The position numbers and the translations under genes are program-made. This document shows, piece after piece, positions 43,401 to 56,333 of a DNA stretch of 64,000 nucleotides. The stretch is from the human T2T-CHM13v2.0 reference genome, Homo sapiens: the NCBI RefSeq assembly GCF_009914755.1, contig NC_060948.1; one strand, given 5' to 3'. The first letter of the stretch is position 1. Each line of letters begins with the position of its first letter. The notes below the pieces were generated by a model. It was given only the letters and a program-made list of their open reading frames with translations. It made no database searches and was not told the DNA's origin.

Positions 43401-46400
43401 GAATGGAATTGAATCGATTGGAATGAAATCGCATAGAATGGAGTGGAATCAAATGGAATTGAATCGAAAGGAAAGGAAGCGAATGGACTGAAATGAAATG
43501 GAATGGAATTGAATGGAAAGTAATGCAATGGAATAGAATGGAACGAAATTTCACGGAATGGAATCAAACTGAATGGAATCAAATCAATGGAATCAAATCA
43601 AATGGAATGGAAAGGAATTGAATGGAGTAGATTGGATTGGATGGGATTGGAATGAAATGTACTGGAAAGGACTCGAATTTCATGAAACGGAATGGAATGA
43701 ATTGGAACGGAATGGACTCGAATGGAATGGAATGTCATGGAATGGCATCAAATGGAATGGCATCAAATGGAATGGAATCGAATGCAATGGAATGTTATGG
43801 AATGGAATGGAATGCATTGGAATGGAATGTCCTGTAATGGAATGGATTCGAGTGGAATGGAATCGAATATAATGGAGTCGAATGAAATGGAATTGAAAGG
43901 AATGGGATCGAATACAATGGAATATACTGGAATGTAATGTAATGAACTCGAATGTAATTGACTGGAATGGAATGTACATGAATGGAATGTAATCGAATGG
44001 AAAGTAATCCAATGGAATAGAATCTAATGCAATAAAACCGACTCAGATAGAGTAGAATGTAATGGAATGGAGTGCAGTGCAATGGAATGGAATGGAATGG
44101 AATGCAATGGAATGGAATGGAATGGAATGGAATGGAATGGAATGGGATGGAATGGGATGGAATGGATAGTAATGGACTGGAGTGAAATGGACTGGAAAGG
44201 AATGGACTCAAATTGAAAGGGCTCGAAAGGAATGGAGTCAAATGGAATGGTCTGGAATGGAATGAACACGAATGTAATGCAATCCAATAGAATGGAATCG
44301 AATGGCATGGAATATAAAGAAATGGAATCGAAGAGAATGGAAACAAATGGAATGGAATTGAATGGAATGGAATTGAATGGAATGGGAACGAATGGAGTGA
44401 AATTTTATGCAGTAGAAGGGAATAGAATGGAATGCAAGCGAAAGGAAAGGAATGGATTGGAATGGAATGGAATTCATTGGAATGGAAGGGAATGTAGTGT
44501 AATGGACAGGCCTGGAATAAAGTGGAATGCTACGGTCTCGAATGGAATAAAAATGTATGGAATGGAATGCAATGAAACGGAATCGAATGTCATAGAATGT
44601 AATGGAATGCAAAAAAATGGAATCCAAAATCATTGACTGGAAAGGCTGGGTGTCGAAAGGAATTGACTCCAATGGAATGGAATCGAATGGAATGGAAGTG
44701 AATAGAATCGAACTAAATCGAATGGAATGGAATTGATAGGAACGGAATGGAAAGGAATGCAATGATTTGGCATGGAATGGAATCGAATGGCATCGAATGG
44801 AATGGAATGGAATGCAATGGAATGGAATGTATTAGAATGTAATGAACTTTAATGGAATGTACTCGAATGGATTCGACTGGAATGGAATGTTCTGGAAGTG
44901 AATGGACTCCAATGGAATGGATTCAAAAGGAATGGAATCGTACGGAATGGAATCTAATGGAATGGAATTAAATGGAAGTGAATCAAATTGAATAGCACGG
45001 AATTGAATTGAATGGAATGGAATGCAATGGAATCTAATGAAACGGAAAGGAAAGGAATGGAATGGAATGGAATGGGCTGGAATGGAAAGGAATCGAAACG
45101 AATGGAATGGAATCGAACTGAAGAGACTGGAATGGAATGCACTGGAATGGAAGGGAGTGTAATGGAAGGTTCTCGAAAAAAATGGAATCGAATGGAATGG
45201 AATTGAATGGAACGGAATAGAGTCGAATGGAATTGAATGGAATGGAATGGACTAGAGTGAAATGGAATCGAACCACAAGGAATGGACAGGAATAGAATGG
45301 TCTCGAATTGAATGGAATCGTATGGAATGGCATCAAACGGAATGGAATGGACAGCCACGGAATGGAATGCACTCGAATGCAATGGAGTCGAAACTAATGG
45401 ACTGGAATAGAATGGACTCGACTGGTACGGACTCCAATGGAATGGAATCGAATGGAAGGGAATCGAACGGAATGGACTCGAAGGGAAAAGACTGCAATGG
45501 AAAGGTCTCGAATGGAATGGAAATTAATGGAATGGAATGGAATCGAATGAAATGGAGTCAAAAGGAATGGAATCGAATGGCAAGAAATCGAATGTAATGG
45601 AATCGCAAGGAATTGATGTGAACGGAACGGAATGGAATGGAATCCAAAGGAATGGAATAGAATGGAATGGAATCGAATGGAAAGGACTCGAATGGAAATC
45701 ACTCGAATAGAATGCAATTTAATAAAATAGGATCAAATGTAATGGAATGGAATGGAAAGGAATCGAAACGAAAGGAATGGAGACAGATGGAATGGAATGG
45801 AACAGAGAGCAATGGTATAGAATGGAATGGAATCATCTGGAATGGAATTGAATGGAATGGAATAATATGAAATGGAATGGAATGGAATGGAATGGAATGC
45901 CCTTGAATTAAATGGACTGGAATGGAATGGACTCGAACAGAGTGGAATGGAAAGTGTTGAGATAGAATGGAATGGACTCCTTTGGAATGGTGTAGTATGC
46001 AATGCAATCGACTGGCAGGGAATCAAAAGGAATGTAATCGAATGGATTGGACTGGAATGCAATGGACTCGAATAGATTGGAAACGGAATGCAAAGGAATG
46101 GAATGGAATAGTATGGAATGGAATGGAAAGGAATGGAGTGGAATAGACTAGAGTGGAATGGAATGGACTGGAAAGCAATGGACTGGAATGGAACTTTCTT
46201 GAATGGACTGGAATCAAACGGAATGGAATGCAATGCAATCAAATGGCATGGAATAAAATAGAATGAAAGAGAATCAAATGGAATTGAATCGAATGGAATC
46301 GAATGGATTGGAAAGGAATAGAATGGAATGGAATGGAATTGACTGAAATGGAATGGACTAGAATGGAATGGATTCGAATGGAAGGCAAAGGAATGGAATC

Positions 46401-49400
46401 TATTGGAATGGACTGTAATGGAATGGAATGGAAGGGATTGGAATGGACTCGAATGGAATGGACTGCAATAGAAAGGATTCGAATGGAATGAAAAAGAATT
46501 GAATGGAATAGAACAGAATGGAATCAAATCGAATGAAATGGAATGGAATAGAAAGGAATGGAATGAAATGGAATGGAAAGGATTCGAATGGAATGCAATC
46601 GAATGGAATGGAATCGAACGGAATGGAATAAAATGGAAGAAAACTGGCAAGAAATGGAATCGAAATGAATGGAGTGTTATGGAACGGACTCAAAAGGAAT
46701 TGAATGTAATAGAATGGAGTGGAGTGGACTCGAATATAATGGACTGGAATGGAATGAAATCACATGGAATGGGAACGAATGGAATGGAATGGAAAGGAAT
46801 GGAATCGAATGGAAAGGAATCGAATGGAAGGGAATGAAATTGAATCAACAGGAATGGAAGGGAATAGAATAGACGGTAATGGAACGGACTCGAATAGAAT
46901 GGACACGAATGCTCAAATTGAATGGACTCGAATGGAATGGAAACGAAAGGAATGTCATCGAATGGAATTGAATCGATTGGAATGAAATCGCATAGAATGG
47001 AGTGGAATCAAATGGAATTGAATCGAAAGGAAAGGAAGCGAATGGACTGAAATGAAATGGAATGGAATTGAATGGAAAGTAATGCAATGGAATAGAATGG
47101 AACGAAATTTCACGGAATGGAATCAAACTGAATGGAATCAAATCAATGGAATCTAATCAAATGGAATGGAAAGGAATTGAATGGAGTAGATTGGATTGGA
47201 TGGGATTGGAATGAAATGTATTGGAAAGGACTCGAATTTCATGAAACGGAATGGAATGAATTGGAACGGAATGGACTCGAATGCAATGGAATGTAATGGA
47301 ATGGCATCAAATGGAATGGCATCAAATGGAATGGAATCGAATGCAATGGAATGTTATGGAATGGAATGGAATGCATTGGAATGGAATGTCCTCTAATGGA
47401 ATGGATTCCAGTGGAATGGAATCGAATATAATGGAGTCGAATGAAATGGAATTGAAAGGAATGGGATCGAATACAATGGAATATACTGGAATGTAATGCA
47501 ATGAACTCGAATGTAATTGACTGGAATGGAATGTACATGAATGGAAGGTAATCGAATGGAAAGTAATTCAATGGAATAGAATCTAATGCAATAAAACCGA
47601 CTCAGATAGAGTAGAATGTAATGGAATGGAGTGCAGTGCAATGGAATGGAATGGAATGGAATGCAATGGAATGGAATGGAATGGAATGGAATGGAATGGA
47701 ATGGAATGGGATGGAATGGTATGGAATGGATAGTAATGGACTGGAGTGAAATGGACTGGAAAGGAATGGACTCAAATTGAAAGGGCTCGAAAGGAATGGA
47801 GTCAAATGTAATGGTCTGGAATGTAATGAACACGAATGTAATGCAATCCAATAGAATGGAATCGAATGGCATGGAATATAAAGAAATGGAATCGAAGAGA
47901 ATGGAAACAAATGGAATGGAATTGAATGGAATGGAATTGAATGGAATGGGAACGAATGGAGTGAAATTGTATGCAGTAGAAGGGAATAGAATGGAATGCA
48001 AGCGAAAGGAAAGGAATGGATTGGAATGGAATGGAATTCATTGGAATGGAAGGGAATGTAGTGTAATGGACAGGCCTGGAATAAAGTGGAATGCTACGGT
48101 CTCGAATGGAATAAAAATGTATGGAATGGAATGCAATGAAACGGACTCGAATGTCATAGAATGTAATGGAATGCAAAAAAATGGAATCCAAAATCATTGA
48201 CTGCAAAGGCTGGGTGTCGAAAGGAATTGACTCCAATGGAATGGAATCGAATGGAATGGAAGTGAATAGAATCGAACTAAATCGAATGGAATGGAATTGA
48301 TAGGAACGGAATGGAAAGGAATGCAATGATTTGGCATGGAATGGAATCGAATGGCATCGAATGGAATGGAATGGAATGCAATGGAATGGAATGTATTAGA
48401 ATGTAATGAACTTTAATGGAATGTACTCGAATGGATTCGACTGGAATGGAATGTTCTGGAAGTGAATGGACTCCAATGGAATGGATTCAAAAGGAATGGA
48501 ATCGTGCGGAATGGAATCTAATGGAATGGAATTAAATGGAAATGAATCAAATTGAATAGCACGGAATTGAATTGAATGGAATCGAATGCAATGGAATCTA
48601 ATGAAACGGAAAGGAAAGGAATGGAATGGAATGGAATGGGCTGGAATGGAAAGGAATCGAAACGAATGGAATGGAATCGAACTGAAGAGACTGGAATGGA
48701 ATGCACTGGAATGGAAGGGAGTGTAATGGAAGGTTCTCGAAAAAAATGGAATCGAATGGAATGGAATTGAATGGAACGGAATAGAGTCGAATGGATTTGA
48801 ATGTTATGGAATGGACTAGAGTGAAATGGAATCGAACCACAAGGAATGGACAGGAATAGAATGGTCTCGAATTGAATGGAATCGTATGGAATGGCATCAA
48901 ACGGAATGGAATGGACAGCCACGGAATGGAATGCACTCGAATGCAATGGAGTCGAAACTTATGGACTGGAATAGAATGGACTCGACTGGTACGGACTCCA
49001 ATGGAATGGAATCGAATGGAAGGGATTCGAACGGAATGGACTCGAAGGGAAAAGACTGCAATGGAAAGGTCTCGAATGGAATGGAAATTAATGGAATGGA
49101 ATGGAATCGAATGAAATGGAGTCAAAAGGAATGGAATCGAATGGCAAGAAATCGAATGTAATGGAATCGCAAGGAATTGATGTGAACGGAACGGAATGGA
49201 ATGGAATCCAAAGGAATGGAATAGAATGGAATGGAATCGAATGGAAAGGACTCGAATGGAAATCACTCGAATAGAATGCAATTTAATAAAATAGGATCAA
49301 ATGGAATGGAATGGAATGGAAAGGAATCGAAACGAAAGGAATGGAGACAGATGGAATGGAATGGAACAGAGAACAATGGTATAGAATGGAATGGAATCAT

Positions 49401-52400
49401 CTGGAATGGAATTGAATGGAATGGAATAATATGAAATGGAATGGAATGGAATGGAATGGAATGCCCTTGAATTAAATGGACTGGAATGGAATGGACTCGA
49501 ACAGAGTGGAATGGAAAGTGTTGAGATAGAATGGAATGGACTCCTTTGGAATGGTGTAGTATGCAATGCAATCGACAGGCAGGGAATCAAAAGAAATGTA
49601 ATCGAATGGATTGGACTGGAATGCAATGGACTCGAATAGATTGGAAACGGAATGCAAAGGAATGGAATGGAATAGTATGGAATGGAATGGAAAGGAATGG
49701 AGTGGAATAGACTAGAGTGGAATGGAATGGACTGGAAAGCAATGGACTGGAATGGAACTTTCTTGAATGGACTGGAATCAAACGGAATGGAATGCAATGC
49801 AATCAAATGGCATGGAATAAAATAGAATGAAAGAGAATCAAATGGAATTGAATCGAATGGAATCGAATGGATTGGAAAGGAATAGAATGGAATGGAATGG
49901 AATGGACTAGAATGGAATGGATTCGAATGGAAGGCAAAGGAATGGAATCTATTGGAATGGACTGTAATGGAATGGAATGGAAGGGATTGGAATGGACTCG
50001 AATGGAATGGACTGCAATGGAAAGGATTCGAATGGAATGAAAAAGAATTGAATGGAATAGAACAGAATGGAATCAAATCGAATGAAATGGAATGGAATAG
50101 AAAGGAATGGAATGAAATGGAATGGAAAGGATTCGAATGGAATGCAATCGAATGGAATGGAATCGAACGGAATGGAATAAAATGGAAGAAAACTGGCAAG
50201 AAATGGAATCGAAATGAATGGAGTGTTATGGAACGGACTCCAAAGGAATTGAATGTAATAGAATGGAGTGGAGTGGACTCGAATATAATGGACTGGAATG
50301 GAATGAAATCACATGGAATGGGAACGAATGGAATGGAATGGAAAGGAATGGAATCGAATGGAAAGGAATCGAATGGAAGGGAATGAAATTGAATCAACAG
50401 GAATGGAAGGGAATAGAATAGACGGTAATGGAATGGACTCGAATAGAATGGACACGAAAGCTCAAATTGAATGGACTCGAATGGAATGGAAACGAAAGGA
50501 ATGTCATCGAATGGAATTGAATCGATTGGAATGAAATCGCATAGAATGGAGTGGAATCAAATGGAATTGAATCGAAAGGAAAGGAAGCGAATGGACTGAA
50601 ATGAAATGCAATGGAATTGAATGGAAAGTAATGCAATGGAATAGAAAGGAACGAAATTTCACGGAATGGAATGAAACTGAATGGAATCAAATCAATGGAA
50701 TCAAATCAAATGGAATGGAAAGGAATTGAATGGAGTAGATTGGATTGGATGGGATTGGAATGAAATGTACTGGAAAGGACTCGAATTTCATGAAACGGAA
50801 TGGAATGAATTGGAACGGAATGGACTCGAATGGAATGGAATGTCATGGAATGGCATCAAATGGAATGGCATCAAATGGAATGGAATCGAATGCAATGGAA
50901 TGCTATGGAATGGAATGGAATGCATTGGAATGGAATGTCCTCTAATGGAATGGATTCGAGTGGAATGGAATCGAATATAATGGAGTCGAATGAAATGGAA
51001 TTGAAAAGAATGGGATCGAATACAATGGAATATACTGGAATGTAATGAACTCGAATGTAATTGACTGGAAAGGAATGTATATGAATGGAATGTAATCGAA
51101 TGGAAAGTAATCCAATGGAAGAGAATCTAATGCAATAAAATCGACTCAGATAGAGTAGAATGTAATGGAATGGAGTGCAGTGCAATGGAATGGAATGGAA
51201 TGGAATGCAATTGAATGGAATGGAATGGAATGGAATGGAATGGAATGGAATGGGATGGAATGGTATGGAATGGATAGTAATGGACTGGAGTGAAATGGAC
51301 TGGAAAGGAATGGACTCAAATTGAAAGGGCTCGAAAGGAATGGAGTCAAATGGAATGGTCTGGAATGGAATGAACACGAATGTAATGCAATCCAATAGAA
51401 TGGAATCGAATGGCATGGAATATAAAGAAATGGAATGGAAGAGAATGGAAACAAATGGAATGGAATTGAATGGAATGGAATTGAATGGAATGGGAACGAA
51501 TGGAGTGAAATTGTATGCAGTAGAAGGGAATAGAATGGAATGCAAGCGAAAGGAAAGGAATGGATTGGAATGGAATGGAATTCATTGGAATGGAAGGGAA
51601 TGTAGTGTAATGGACAGGCCTGGAATAAAGTGGAATGCTACGGTCTCGAATGGAATAAAAATGTAAGGAATGGAATGCAGTGAAACGGAATCGAATGTCA
51701 TAGAATATAATGGAATGCAAAAAAATGGAATCCAAAATCATTGACTGGAAAGGCTGGGTGTCGAAAGGAATTGACTCCAATGGAATGGAATCGAATGGAA
51801 TGGAAGTGAATAGAATCGAACTAAATCGAATGGAATGGAATTGATAGGAACGGAATGGAAAGGAATGCAATGATTTGGCATGGAATGGAATCGAATGGCA
51901 TCGAATGGAATGGAATGGAATGCAATGGAATGGAATGTATTAGAATGTAATGAACTTTAATGGAATGTACTCGAATGGATTCGACTGGAATGGAATGTTC
52001 TGGAAGTGAATGGACTCCAATGAAATGGATTCCAAAGGAATGGAATCGTACGGAATGGAATCTAATGGAATGGAATTAAATGGAAATGAATCAAATTGAG
52101 TAGCACGGAATTGAATTGAATGGAATCGAATGCAATGGAATCTAATGAAACGGAAAGGAAAGGAATGGAATGGAATGGAATGGGCTGGAATGGAAAGGAA
52201 TCGAAACGAATGGAATGGAATCGAACTGAAGAGACTGGAATGGAATGCACTGGAATGGAAGGGAGTGTAATGGAAGGTTCTCGAAAAAAATGGAATCGAA
52301 TGGAATGGAATTGAATGGAACGGAATAGAGTCGAATGGAATTGAATGGAATGGAATGGACTAGAGTGAAATGGAATCGAACCACAAGGAATGGACAGGAA

Positions 52401-55400
52401 TAGAATGGTCTCGAATTGAATGGAATCGTATGGAATGGCATCAAACGGAATGGAATGGACAGCCACGGAATGGAATGCACTCGAATGCAATGGAGTCGAA
52501 ACTAATGGACTGGAATAGAATGGACTCGACTGGTACGGACTCCAATGGAATGGAATCGAATGGAAGGGAATCGAACGGAATGGACTCGAAGGGAAAAGAC
52601 TGCAATGGAAAGGTCTCGAATGGAATGCAAATTAATGGAATGCAATGGAATCGAATGAAATGGAGTCAAAAGGAATGGAATCGAATGGCAAGAAATCGAA
52701 TGTAATGGAATCGCAAGGAATTGATGTGAACGGAACGGAATGGAATGGAATCCAAAGGAATGGAATAGAATGGAATGGAATCGAATGGAAAGGACTCGAA
52801 TGGAAATCACTCGAATAGAATGCAATTTAATAAAATAGGATCAAATGGAATGGAATGGAATGGAAAGGAATCGAAACGAAAGGAATGGAGACAGATGGAA
52901 TGGAATGGAACAGAGAGCAATGGTATAGAATGGAATGGAATCATCTGGAATGGAATTGAATGGAATGGAATAATATGAAATGGAATGGAATGGAATGGAA
53001 TGGAATGCCCTTGAATTAAATGGACTGGAATGGAATGGACTCGAACAGAGTGGAATGGAAAGTGTTGAGATAGAATGGAATGGACTCCTTTGGAATGGTG
53101 TAGTATGCAATGCAATCGACTGGCAGGGAATCAAAAGGAATGTAATCGAATGGATTGGACTGGAATGCAATGGACTCGAATAGATTGGAAACGGAATGCA
53201 AAGGAATGGAATGGAATAGTATGGAATGGAATGGAAAGGAATGGAGTGGAATAGACTAGAGTGGAATGGAATGGACTGGAAAGCAATGGACTGGAATGGA
53301 ACTTTCTTGAATGGACTGCAATCAAACGGAATGGAATGCAATGCAATCAAATGGCATGGAATAAAATAGAATGAAAGAGAATCAAATGGAATTGAATCGA
53401 ATGGAATCGAATGGATTGGAAAGGAATAGAATGGAATGGAATGGAATTGACTCAAATGGAATGGACTAGAATGGAATGGATTCGAATGGAAGGCAAAGGA
53501 ATGGAATCTATTGGAATGGACTGTAATGGAATGGAATGGAAGGGATTGGAATGGACTCGAATGGAATGGACTGCAATAGAAAGGATTCGAATGGAATGAA
53601 AAAGAATTGAATGGAATAGAACAGAATGGAATCAAATCGAATGAAATGGAATGGAATAGAAAGGAATGGAATGAAATGGAATGGAAAGGATTCGAATGGA
53701 ATGCAATCGAATGGAATGGAATCGAACGGAATGGAATAAAATGGAAGAAAACTGGCAAGAAATGGAATCGAAATGAATGGAGTGTTATGGAACGGACTCA
53801 AAAGGAATTGAATGTAATAGAATGGAGTGGAGTGGACTCGAATATAATGGACTGGAATGGAATGAAATCACATGGAATGGGAACGAATGGAATGGAATGG
53901 AAAGGAATGGAATCGAATGGAAAGGAATCGAATGGAAGGGAATGAAATTGAATCAACAGGAATGGAAGGGAATAGAATAGACGGTAATGGAATGGACTCG
54001 AATAGAATGGACACGAATGCTCAAATTGAATGGACTCGAATGGAATGGAAACGAAAGGAATGTCATCGAATGGAATTGAATCGATTGGAATGAAATCGCA
54101 TAGAATGGAGTGGAATCAAATGGAATTGAATCGAAAGGAAAGGAAGCGAATGGACTGAAATGAAATGGAATGGAATTGAATGGAAAGTAATGCAATGGAA
54201 TAGAATGGAACGAAATTTCACGGAATGGAATCAAACTGAATGGAATCAAATCAATGGAATCTAATCAAATGGAATGGAAAGGAATTGAATGGAGTAGATT
54301 GGATTGGATGGGATTGGAATGAAATGTACTGGAAAGGACTCGAATTTCATGAAACGGAATGGAATGAATTGGAACGGAATGGACTCGAATGGAATGGAAT
54401 GTCATGGAATGGCATCAAATGGAATGGCATCAAATGGAATGGAATCGAATGCAATGGAATGTTATGGAATGGAATGGAATGCATTGGAATGGAATGTCCT
54501 CTAATGGAATGGATTCGAGTGGAATGGAATCGAATATAATGGAGTCGAATGAAATGGAATTGAAAGGAATGGGATCGAATACAATGGAATATACTGGAAT
54601 GTAATGTAATGAACTCGAATGTAATTGACTGGAATAGAATGTACATGAATGGAATGTAATCGAATGGAAAGTAATCCAATGGAATAGAATCTAATGCAAT
54701 AAAACCGACTCAGATAGAGTAGAATGTAATGGAATGGAGTGCAGTGCAATGGAATGGAATGGAATGGAATGCAATGGAATGGAATGGAATGGAATGGAAT
54801 GGAATGGAATGGGATGGAATGGGATGGAATGGATAGTAATGGACTGGAGTGAAATGGACTGGAAAGGAATGGACTCAAATTGAAAGGGCTCGAAAGGAAT
54901 GGAGTCAAATGGAATGGTCTGGAATGGAATGAACACGAATGTAATGCAATCCAATAGAATGGAATCGAATGGCATGGAATATAAAGAAATGGAATCGAAG
55001 AGAATGGAAACAAATGGAATGGAATTGAATGGAATGGAATTGAATGGAATGGGAACGAATGGAGTGAAATTGTATGCAGTAGAAGAGAAAAGAGTGGAAT
55101 GCAAGCGAAAGGAAAGGAATGGATTGGAATGGAATGGAATTCATTGGAATGGAAGGGAATGTAGTGTAATGGACAGGCCTGGAATAAAGTGGAATGCTAC
55201 GGTCTCGAATGGAATAAAAATGTATGGAATGGAATGCAATGAAACGGAATCGAATGTCATAGAATGTAATGGAATGCAAAAAAATGGAATCCAAAATCAT
55301 TGACTGCAAAGGCTGGGTGTCGAAAGGAATTGACTCCAATGGAATGGAATCGAATGGAATGGAAGTGAATAGAATCGAACTAAATCGAATGGAATGGAAT

Positions 55401-56333
55401 TGATAGGAACGGAATGGAAAGGAATGCAATGATTTGGCATGGAATGGAATCGAATGGCATCGAATGGAATGGAATGGAATGCAATGGAATGGAATGTATT
55501 AGAATGTAATGAACTTTAATGGAATGTACTCGAATGGATTCGACTGGAATGGAATGTTCTGGAAGTGAATGGACTCCAATGGAATGGATTCCAAAGGAAT
55601 GGAATCGTACGGAATGGAATCTAATGGAATGGAATTAAATGGAAATGAATCAAATTGAGTAGCACGGAATTGAATTGAATGGAATGGAATGCAATGGAAT
55701 CTAATGAAACGGAAAGGAAAGGAATGGAATGGAATGGAATGGGCTGGAATGGAAAGGAATCGAAACGAATGGAATGGAATCGAACTGAAGAGACTGGAAT
55801 GGAATGCACTGGAATGGAAGGGAGTGTAATGGAAGGTTCTCGAAAAAAATGGAATCGAATGGAATGGAATTGAATGGAACGGAATAGAGTCGAATGGAAT
55901 TGAATGGAATGGAATGGACTAGAGTGAAATGGAATCGAACCACAAGGAATGGACAGGAATAGAATGGTCTCGAATTGAATGGAATCGTATGGAATGGCAT
56001 CAAACGGAATGGAATGGACAGCCACGGAATGGAATGCACTCGAATGCAATGGAGTCGAAACTAATGGACTGGAATAGAATGGACTCGACTGGTACGGACT
56101 CCAATGGAATGGAATCGAATGGAAGGGAATCGAACGGAATGGACTCGAAGGGAAAAGACTGCAATGGAAAGGTCTCGAATGGAATGGAAATTAATGGAAT
56201 GGAATGGAATCGAATGAAATGGAGTCAAAAGGAATGGAATCGAATGGCAAGAAATCGAATGTAATGGAATCGCAAGGAATTGATGTGAACGGAACGGAAT
56301 GGAATGGAATCCAAAGGAATGGAATAGAATGGA
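31428..56333 (+). repeat. DYZ1: DYZ1 units 10-16 (3549, 3562, 3559, 3569, 3564, 3544, 3559 bp)
   Basis: Marker spacing; conserved landmark order. Confidence 0.95.
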
